From positions 11,012 to 75,011 of IMG/VR virus record IMGVR_UViG_3300010366_000012: a stretch of DNA of 64,000 nucleotides. One strand, given 5' to 3'. The notes beneath the pieces are model-generated. The model was not told where the DNA came from. It did not search any database and saw only the letters and a program-made list of their open reading frames with translations. Numbering within the stretch: the first letter of the stretch is position 1; each line of letters opens with the position of its first letter. Of this stretch, positions 56,218 to 64,000 are shown in pieces. The translations under genes were made by a program, and so were the position numbers. This DNA comes from a virus. Lineage: Duplodnaviria > Caudoviricetes.

Positions 56218-58141
56218 TGCCTTCTCCTTCTCCGGCGATCTCTCCGGGCTGCACTGACATGCACCAGCGCAGCAGCTTCGCGTCCTTGACGACGCTCTCG
56301 TGCCGGGCCTCCTTGGTGAGCCCGAGCTGGTACAGCCGGACATCCACCGTGCCGGGGCTGATCACGTGGACCTGCCGCACGTTGTGGGTCTGCCCGAACC
56401 GGTCTGCGCGGCCGGTCATCTGCTCGCGCGCCACGAAGATCGGGTCCGGCTCCATCCAGTAGATGCCCTCGGCCGCCTGCAGGTCGATCGACTCCCCGCC
56501 CGCCCTGCTGATGAAGATCACCCGGGCCTGGCCGGACTGGAACGCCAGCGCCGAGGCGTCCTTGGCCGTGGTCGGCATGCCCCCGACGATCTTGACGTGG
56601 CTGATCTTCTCGGCGTCCAGCTTGCCCTCGGCCAGCTCGATCAGCGGCGGGCTGTTGGCTGCCACGATCCACTGCCCCGGGTTGTCACCGAGGAACTCCA
56701 GCAGGTCGTCTACCTTGTTGGAGGGCAGCACCCGGCGCACGTGCTCGGCGGTAAACCCGGAGGGATCTTCGCCATCCTCGACCGCGAGCATCGACCCGGC
56801 CAGCTGGCACTGCCGGGTGAAGGCCACGATGCCCGCCTCGGGCACCAGGGTGTCCACGCCGTAGTCGTCCAGCTGGGCGATCCCGATCTTGGTGATCGAG
56901 TCGTAGGCGCGCTGCTGGCGCGGGGTCAGCAGCGGGTAGCGGAACTCCGGCTCCAGCAGCACCGGCTGACCGGCGCGGGCGATCTCCTTGGGGATGCGCC
57001 GGAACAGCGGCCACATGGTGACCTCGAACGTCGAGCGGGTGTCTGGTCGCAGGTCGAGCACCACCCGGCCCTTGCCCGCGTAGGCGAAGTCCTGCAGCGC
57101 ATAGAAGTCGAGGTACTTGGACCGCACCGGCCAGGCCCGCGGGCTGATCGCATGCGCCACCGCCCACAGGTCAGCCACGCTGTTGACGGTGAGCGTGCCG
57201 GTCGCAGCGAACAGGTTCTCGCTGTGATGGGCCAGCCACCACAGCGCCCGGGTCAGCTTGGTGTTGGGCACAGACATCCGGTGAACCTCGTCCGCGATCA
57301 CCGTGCGCAGCCAGGTGCTCTCCCGCTCGCGCGGGCGGCCTTCCTCGGGAAAGTTGAACTCCTTGGCGCATTCCTCGCACGCGGCCGGGCTCTTGCCGGT
57401 CGAGCCGCCGTGGTCGTTGCACCGGACGAACGCCTCGCCCGGGTACCCGGCCAGCCTGGTGTGCAGCCGCAGGTTCGGCCAGGCGATGATCCCGACGTCC
57501 GCCTCGCCCAGCCGCAGCTGCTCGATGGCCTTGCGCCGCGCGCCCGCCGCGTGCATGATCACCTGGGTCCGCAGCTCGGGAGCCCACAGCTTCAGCTTGC
57601 GCTGCCAGGCCAGCGGCGCGGCGTCCGGGCAGATCACCAGGGCGGGGAAGCCCTCTTCCGCCTCGTGCAGCCACTGCAATGCCCGGATCAGCGGCGGGGT
57701 CTTGCCATTGCCGCGCTCGTCACCCAGGATGGCTCGCCGGTAGTCCAGCAGCCACTGCACCCCGCCGCGCTGCCAGCCGGTCAGCTCATACTGTGGCTGC
57801 CCGGGTGGCGGGGCGGGCATGCGGGCGTCCTTGTCGATCAGCCAGCCGCGCAGGTCGCCATCGGTGGCGTCCGGGGCGATCCGGGCGTCCAGCTGTCGCT
57901 GCACCTTGTGCCACTCGGCCTCGGCCCACTCCGCGAGCGAGGGCCAGATCTCGATGCCCTGCTGCGCCCAGACGCCGCGCATCATCGCATATCCCGGCCA
58001 GGTCAGCGGCATCCGCCAGATCTGATCCCCCGGGGTGTGCTTGCACCCGGCGAGCTGCTTGCACAGCCCGTACTCGGGCGGGCTGCACCCGATCGCCAGC
58101 ACCGGGGGATCGGTGCCCGGCTCAATCGACGCCCACGCCAT
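56198..58141 (-). CDS. SNF2-like (SF2) helicase
   Basis: LGDERGNGKT, VIADEVH, ATGT, GGESIDLQ, Q..GRADRFGQ. Confidence 0.9.
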   Translation of the reverse strand: MAWASIEPGTDPPVLAIGCSPPEYGLCKQLAGCKHTPGDQIWRMPLTWPGYAMMRGVWAQQGIEIWPSLAEWAEAEWHKVQRQLDARIAPDATDGDLRGWLIDKDARMPAPPPGQPQYELTGWQRGGVQWLLDYRRAILGDERGNGKTPPLIRALQWLHEAEEGFPALVICPDAAPLAWQRKLKLWAPELRTQVIMHAAGARRKAIEQLRLGEADVGIIAWPNLRLHTRLAGYPGEAFVRCNDHGGSTGKSPAACEECAKEFNFPEEGRPRERESTWLRTVIADEVHRMSVPNTKLTRALWWLAHHSENLFAATGTLTVNSVADLWAVAHAISPRAWPVRSKYLDFYALQDFAYAGKGRVVLDLRPDTRSTFEVTMWPLFRRIPKEIARAGQPVLLEPEFRYPLLTPRQQRAYDSITKIGIAQLDDYGVDTLVPEAGIVAFTRQCQLAGSMLAVEDGEDPSGFTAEHVRRVLPSNKVDDLLEFLGDNPGQWIVAANSPPLIELAEGKLDAEKISHVKIVGGMPTTAKDASALAFQSGQARVIFISRAGGESIDLQAAEGIYWMEPDPIFVAREQMTGRADRFGQTHNVRQVHVISPGTVDVRLYQLGLTKEARHESVVKDAKLLRWCMSVQPGEIAGEGEGNVSIPA

Positions 58142-58575
58142 CACGCACCTTCTTTCGCCGCCTTGAACTCGACTACGGGGGCTTCGGCGTGCCGCGGGCG
58201 CGCACCGGATGTCACCAGCATGGCCTGCCGCTTGGCCAGCTCGTCGGTGTACCAGCCCGGCTCGATGCCCATCCCCGGGGGTGCCAGGAACCGCGCCTCG
58301 TCGCCGCCAGGCCCGCCGCCGTACTGCGGCCGGATGCTGTAGTCGATGATGCCGCGGTTGTTCGCCCACCGCCTGGCCCACCGGCCGCAGCCCGTCTCGC
58401 AGTGCTCGACCACGGTGAACGTGCCATCGCCCTCGCGGAAGATGTCCACCGTCTTGGGCACCGCCTTGCCCGGGATCAGGGACGGCCACTTGTGCCGCTT
58501 GCGCCCCTTGCAGAGCACGACCGCATCGTCCAGCCCGTGGAGGTAGTTGCGCTGCCTGTGCGTCTTGCTAGTCAT
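58141..58575 (-). CDS. hypothetical protein
   Basis: C..H...C..C; overlap with helicase start. Confidence 0.6.
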   Translation of the reverse strand: MTSKTHRQRNYLHGLDDAVVLCKGRKRHKWPSLIPGKAVPKTVDIFREGDGTFTVVEHCETGCGRWARRWANNRGIIDYSIRPQYGGGPGGDEARFLAPPGMGIEPGWYTDELAKRQAMLVTSGARPRHAEAPVVEFKAAKEGA

Positions 58576-58600
58576 TGCCTTCGCCTTCGCCCTGTCCTGC

Positions 58601-59059
58601 CTAGAGGGTACCTGTTGGTTCCGACAGAACGGCCACACCGGCCGGGGGCAGGTTGCCCGACCGGATCAGATGGGCCGCCAGGTGCTGTGCTGCCGCTTGC
58701 GCGTCGTCCTTGCCCGGCACCCACCAGCCGAGGGCTTTCAGCACCTCAGGCGTGGCGGTGAGCCGCTCGCGCGGTCCCGGTTCGAGCAGCTGGCACCCGT
58801 TCTTCAGCGCCGCGCGCCGGGCCACTCCGCTCATTTCCAGCGCGAGGTGCGCGTGCGTCTGCGGCCTGCGGCGGTCGATCCGGTACTTCTCCAAGATCAT
58901 CAGCAGTGCCGGTCCCCACTGCTGGCAGAGGTGCTCGACATGATCACCGGCTTCGAGGAACTCGTACTCATCCGCGTAGAACGCCCGGCCCTGCTCCCAG
59001 CAGCAGGCCAGCCCGGTCATGCCACCGCTGTCGATGGCCAGCACGCATGGGGGCATCAT
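58601..59059 (-). CDS. RuvC-like Holliday junction resolvase
   Basis: VLAIDSGG.TG, LE, DDAQAA..H. Confidence 0.8.
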   Translation of the reverse strand: MMPPCVLAIDSGGMTGLACCWEQGRAFYADEYEFLEAGDHVEHLCQQWGPALLMILEKYRIDRRRPQTHAHLALEMSGVARRAALKNGCQLLEPGPRERLTATPEVLKALGWWVPGKDDAQAAAQHLAAHLIRSGNLPPAGVAVLSEPTGTL

Positions 59060-60837
59060 GTCTTGACCCACCTCCCGGGCAGGATCTCGCCGGACCAGGT
59101 GAGCGGCAGCCGGTAGTTTGACCGGTCAGTCAGCACCTCCTGGGCGGCGTGCAGCACGTCGCGTGCCAGGTGCTTCGGGCAGGCCAGCAGCAGCTCGTCA
59201 TGCACCGGCAGCCGGAGGAACTCACCGATCCCGGCCGCATCGCAGGCGATGGCCCCGCGTTTGAGGTTCTCCGCGGCGCTGGATTGGATCTCGTAGTCAA
59301 TCCCGGCGTACTCCCGGCCCCGGTCCACGAACAGCCGCCTGCCCATCAGCGAGTAGACCGCGGGCCTGCCCTTGCCGTACTTGATCTTCTTCACCAGCTT
59401 GTTCGAGCGCATGGCCAGGGTGTGGTAGCGCTGCTTGAACCCGCGGTAGATCGGCTCCAGCTGCTCGACCGACACGCCCGCGGTGACCGCGGCTGTCTCC
59501 ATGCCGGAGCCATAGACCGTGGCATAGGCCGTGTTCTTGGTGGTCGGGTAGCGCGGGTCGGACTTGGCCACCTCTTCGCGGTAGATCTCGCTGGCCAGGT
59601 TGACGAAGAATGACCGCCCGGTGGCATCGCACATGGCGAAATCGGCTATCAGCTGCGCGTCCCCGCTGATGTGCGCGGCCAGCCGCATTTCGATCTGGTC
59701 GGCGTCGATGGTGATCAGCGCCTCATCCTCGCCGGGCACGTAGCTGCCGCGGACCGCTTCCACGATCCGGTCGAACTGGTGCATCGGGGGATCGGTGACC
59801 GAGCTGCGGCTGGTGCGCTGCGCGCCGATGGTGTGGATCGAGTAGTGGATCACATCGTCGGCCCCGGCCATCCGCAGGAACTTCTCCAGGTACTTGCCGA
59901 CAATGCCCTGGCCCTTTTTGGCATCGCGGATGGCAGCCAGCAATGGCGCGGCATGCGGGTAGTGCGCCTGGTATTCCAGCAGCACGTCCTTAGACACCTG
60001 CGGCATGCCCGTGCCGGTGCGGTAGAGGATTGGGACCCCGGCCGCTTCAAGAGCCCGGCCGACCTGCTCATTGGAATCGACCGAATTGATGCCCCACTCG
60101 CCGCGCAGCCAGAACATGGCGCGCTCGGTGAATGCGGTGATCTTGTCAATCCACTCGTGGATATAGGGCCGGTCGATGCGCATGCCCGCATTCATCATCG
60201 ACGCGCATATCGCGGCGTACCGCAATTCCATGTCGTAGACGTTGATGTACTGCCTGGCCTCACCCCAGTGCTTGTCAATCAGCCAGCTGGTCAGCACCGG
60301 GTCGGCTGCGCCATAGCGCCAGTATTCGGGCAGGCTGTCCGGCACCGTGGCCCAAGTCCATTTCTGGGCCTTCATGGCCTCTTTCAGCTCGCGCTCCCAC
60401 GCCGCGGCGGTCGGGTCAACATCCCGGCTCGCCCGCGTTTTCAGGTCGAGCGGGGCCGCGCTATCGACCAGGTGGCTGATCAGCTGGGCGTCATCGAGCC
60501 GGGAGAAGTCCAGCTGCAGCCCGCCCTGGTGATGGATCACCCGCTGGTCATAGTCCATGTTGAACATGCCCAGCCGCCCCGGCCACTTATCCAGCGCTTC
60601 GAGCGCGGGGCCGAACCACTGCGGGCCGAATGCCCAGCCATGCCGCTTGTCACCAAGCTGGATCATGCGCAGCCGGTCTTTGTAAGGCGACAAGCCGCTG
60701 CTCTCGGTGTCGCAGCAGACCATGCCGTCATGCCGCTCGCCCAGCCAGCGCCAGAACTCGCCCAGCGTCTGCATGTCTGATACCCGGTGCAGTCCTACGC
60801 TGTCGAGCACGCCGCCCCTCGGCAGCACTGCTGTCAT
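59056..60837 (-). CDS. polA: family A DNA polymerase with 3'-5' exonuclease
   Basis: CDTESSG (ExoI), DADQIEMR (motif A), KNTAYATVYG (motif B), VHDEL (motif C); RBS AGGGAG before ATG 60837. Confidence 0.95.
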   Translation of the reverse strand: MTAVLPRGGVLDSVGLHRVSDMQTLGEFWRWLGERHDGMVCCDTESSGLSPYKDRLRMIQLGDKRHGWAFGPQWFGPALEALDKWPGRLGMFNMDYDQRVIHHQGGLQLDFSRLDDAQLISHLVDSAAPLDLKTRASRDVDPTAAAWERELKEAMKAQKWTWATVPDSLPEYWRYGAADPVLTSWLIDKHWGEARQYINVYDMELRYAAICASMMNAGMRIDRPYIHEWIDKITAFTERAMFWLRGEWGINSVDSNEQVGRALEAAGVPILYRTGTGMPQVSKDVLLEYQAHYPHAAPLLAAIRDAKKGQGIVGKYLEKFLRMAGADDVIHYSIHTIGAQRTSRSSVTDPPMHQFDRIVEAVRGSYVPGEDEALITIDADQIEMRLAAHISGDAQLIADFAMCDATGRSFFVNLASEIYREEVAKSDPRYPTTKNTAYATVYGSGMETAAVTAGVSVEQLEPIYRGFKQRYHTLAMRSNKLVKKIKYGKGRPAVYSLMGRRLFVDRGREYAGIDYEIQSSAAENLKRGAIACDAAGIGEFLRLPVHDELLLACPKHLARDVLHAAQEVLTDRSNYRLPLTWSGEILPGRWVKT

Positions 60838-60871
60838 TTCCCGTCTCCCTAAATTGCCTGCTCCATCATCC

Positions 60872-63800
60872 ATGCCTGCCATGCCATCCCCAGCCATGCC
60901 GGGCCGAGCCAAACCAATCCGCTGCGGTCCTGGCCTCGCCTTGCCCCTCCCCGCCTGCCACGTCTGACGCCGATGGTAACCGAGAGCCACGACAAGCCGC
61001 GCCTGCCCCGCCAAACCGGTCCCGCCCAGGCCCCGACGCACCTAGCCCCGCCTGCCATGCCATGCCTACCCGAGCCCTGCCGAGCCCTCGCGCACCTAGC
61101 CCTGTCCGTCCTGCCGAGCCCTGGCCAGCGATGCCCAGCCGTGCCACGGCCACGCCATGCCGATCCTGCCTGCCCTCGCCTAGCCCCGGCCATCCTGTCC
61201 CGGTCCCGCCATGCCTGCCGGGCCTTGCCGAGCCATGACCAGCAACGCCCTGCCATGCCCAGCCTGCCCTGCCTAGCCGCGCCGTGCCGTGACCGGCCAA
61301 CCCTAGCCTGTCCTGGCATGCCGAGCCGAGCCACGGCTAGCCGCGCCCGTCCTGCCTTACCGGGCCTTGCCGGTGCCTGCCCCGCCAGGCCGCAGCTCGC
61401 CGTGCCTGCCTGGCCGAGCCACACCATGGCCGTCCTAGCCGCGCCACTGCTAGCCAACCCACGCCTGCCGAGCCGTGCCCTGCCTGACCTTGCCCCGCCA
61501 CGACGGTGCGGGCCGGGCCAAGCCACGCCGAGCCTGCCACAGCTCGCCTGGCCATGCCGGTGCGCGCCTGGCCATGCCGTGACCAGCCTCGCCTGCCTGG
61601 CCAAGCCCAGCCCTGACTCGCCCTGCAGCTCCCTGGCTGCCGAGCCGGGACTTGCCTCCCCGCGCCCAGCCACAGGCCGCCCCGCCTCGCCACGCCTGCC
61701 TAGCCATGCCGGACCCAGGCCCCCACGCCCAGGCTAGCCTGCCGTGCCGAGCCACGCCGTCCCGCGCCAACCCACAGCCTGCCTTGCCCCGCCAATCCTG
61801 GCGTGCCGAGCCACGCCGGGCCGGTCCATCGCCTGCCCTGCCGGTCCTGCCTCGCCATGCCAACTCGCGCCGCGGCACGCCTCGCCTGGCCCGGACAGCC
61901 CTAGCCTGGCCGCTCCTGGCGTGCCACGCCATGGCTGTCCCAGCGGTGCCATGACCTGCCGAGCCTGCCTCGCCTACCCGCAGCCCGCCAAGCCGACGCT
62001 CGCCATGCCTCACCTGCCGAGCCCCGCCCTGCCTGGCCATCGCGCGCCAAGCGCTGCCGAGCCAAGCCGACCCGGGCCACGCCCCGCCTGCCCTGCCAGA
62101 GCGCGCCGGAGCCTGCCACGGCACACCGGGCCATGCCTGCCCTGCCCAGACTCGCCTCAGCCTGCCCAGAGCTGCCCTTCCGGTGCCTGCCCTGCCTGCC
62201 TAGCCTTGCCTTGCCATCGCATGACTTGCCACGCCAATCCTGGCGGGCCATGCCCGGCCGGTGCGACCCGGGCCAAGCCACGGCCATCCCTGCCATGGCT
62301 GCCCGGCCACGCCACTGCTTGGCTTACCGGTCCTTGGCAGTCCTCGCCCGCCCTGGCCACGACTGCCCTGCCGCGCCTTGCCTGGCTTGCCTTGCCATGG
62401 CATCGCAAACCGAGCCTCGCCTCAGCACCCCGCGCCAGTCCTGCCCAGCCCCGCCAGAGCGGGCCAATGTCTGCCTAGCCCCGCCACGCCTGCCGGGCCT
62501 TGCCATGGCATGGCTCGCCAAGCCGCGCCGGGCCATTGCCCGCCTGCCTCGCCCCGCCTCAGCGGGCCTTGCCGTGGCCAGCCAAACCAAGCCTGGCGGG
62601 CCATGCCGCGCCGTGCCAAGCCGAGACTTGCCCACCCGGGCCGAGCCCTGCCTTGCCTGCCATGCCGAGCCCTGCCGAGCCTAACCCTGCCGTGCGGTGC
62701 CGAGCCAAGCCAATCCTGCCCGGCCAGTCCCTGCCAGTCCTGTCCACGCCTAAGCCCACCTAGCCAGGCCGACCTGCCGATGCGCTGCTTGCCTTAGCCC
62801 GCCGAGCCAATCCTGGCACGCCGAGCCCTGCCGTCCCGAGCCGTGCCTACCCTAGCCCTGCCGAGTCGCGCCTGCCCCGCCTGGCCATGCCTTAGCTATC
62901 CTCGCCACGCCGCTCCCCCGCGGGCCATGCCTTGCCTGCCTTGCCGAGCCTGTCCCAGCCAGGACCGGCCAAGCCACGCGCTGGCGTGCCCCGCCTTGCC
63001 TGCCAAACCTAGCCCCGCCGAGCCGCCGCCGAGCCAACGCCCGCCAGTGCCTTCCGCGCCTCGCCTGCCATGCCTCGGCCGCCCTTACCACGGCTCGCCA
63101 TGCCTTCGCACGCCTGCCCTGGCCTGCCTTGCCACTCCGCGCCCTGCGAAAGCGGGCCTAGCCGATCCTGCCCTGGCGGGCCGGGCCTTGCCGAGCCTCG
63201 CCCGCGCACGCCGTGCCCAGCCTGCCCTGCCCTTGCATACCGGGCCGAGCCCCTGCGGACCCATCCATGCCGACCCCCGCCTTGGCACTCCCCGCCTGCC
63301 AGTCCCCGCCCCGGCGCACCTCGCCATGGCGCACCACGACTAACCCACCCGAGCCCTGCCTGCCGCGCCCGTCCTGGCGTGCCACCCCAAGCCTGGACCG
63401 ACCCGACCCGTCCCATCCCCGCCGACCCTTGGCCCGCCGCTCCCCGCCTGCCGTAGCTTGCCGAGCCTCGCCTACCCAAGCCCCGCCGACCCATACCATG
63501 CCTGCCCGGACACGCCCATGCGCACCGAGCCTTGCCAACACGGGCCGCGCCAAGCCAACGATCGCCAAGCCCTGCCTGCCTCGCCATAGCGAACCTCTGC
63601 TGGCCGCGCCTCGCCCAGCCAAGCCTGCCACGCCAAGCCTCGCACCAGCTCGCCTCGCCTCACCCGGCCCGTCCTGCCGCGCCAGCCCACGCCGAGCCCG
63701 GCCATCGCAAGCCATGGCGATCCTGCCGGGCCAGTGCCGCGCGGGCCTCGCCCCGCCGATCCCTGCCTGGCTCGCCGTGCCTAGCGTTAGCTCGCCCCGC

Positions 63801-64000
63801 CGTCGCGCGCCGCGCCATGCCCGGCCTGCCCGTCCCGGCCACGCCGGTCCCTTGCACACCGCCGCAAGCCCAGCCGTAACAAGCCCACCCATGCCCTGCC
63901 TGCCACGCGCCGCCTCGACTAACCTCGCCAGGCCCCGCCTTGGCGCACAGAGCCTGGCCATTCCTGCCTTGACGGTCCCTGCCGAGCCCTCGCTGGCCGA
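60872..64000 (-). repeat. array of ~55 units of (GGY-NN)n pentamers separated by GGCA tetramers; candidate guide-RNA array (VIPR-like), truncated at the window edge
   Basis: + strand parses as [NN-GCC/ACC]x8-15 then TGCC/TGGC; all 16 NN dinucleotides are used; several units decode to known protein motifs. Confidence 0.9.

Larger units (their letters stand above)
41620..58590 (-). promoter_or_regulatory. repeated start-associated sequence CAAGGAGAAGGCAATG (and variants)
   Basis: before starts at 41622, 42839, 43321, 45867, 47244, 48012, 48735, 49947, 51747, 52887, 54115, 56217. Confidence 0.8.

Noticed and set aside
57690-57730. Self-targeting of the phage's own helicase Walker A by the 62245 guide
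   Set aside because: Only 5 of 11 dinucleotides match.
60849-64000. Many overlapping ORFs in all six frames (ARQG/PCLA-type peptides)
   Set aside because: Artefacts of the GC-rich pentamer repeat, which rarely creates stop codons; no RBS or protein features.
60872-64000. Classical CRISPR or TIGR array
   Set aside because: No long identical direct repeats with unique spacers and no box C/D-like motifs; the periodicity is 5 nt.
1-64000. Integrase, attP, terminase, portal and tRNA genes
   Set aside because: None recognised in this window; terminase and portal probably lie to the left of it.

Overview
High-GC actinobacterial siphovirus-like genome segment. The + strand arm (1-33.4 kb) carries a MuF-like head gene, three large head-associated polyproteins, a Mu-like protease/scaffold, capsid, tail and lysis genes. 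A central block (33.5-40.2 kb) resembles a Streptomyces-type TraB/GntR/DUF2637 conjugation module, suggesting a phage-plasmid. The - strand arm (40.3-60.8 kb) holds early-gene cassettes with a repeated promoter/operator, a candidate ~770-nt structured ncRNA, and recombination/replication genes ending in a family A DNA polymerase. The top signal is 60872-64000: an array of about 55 units of (GGY-NN)n pentamers, truncated by the window edge. Reading only the variable dinucleotides as codon positions 1-2 gives recognisable protein motifs (DVLWFPTGGGKTE, VTNWRRRHPDFPAP, LLIGDPGQIDPFTP, GxRGxGKT). This points to a wobble-skipping guide-RNA system (VIPR-like) aimed at host ATPase/helicase and R-M genes; its effector is expected just beyond the right edge. 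Second: the polyproteins are punctuated by a repeated [VI]-[DE]-L motif and carry kinase effectors, with an HNH endonuclease overprinted in an in-frame insertion. All calls come from manual reading; no database search was run.
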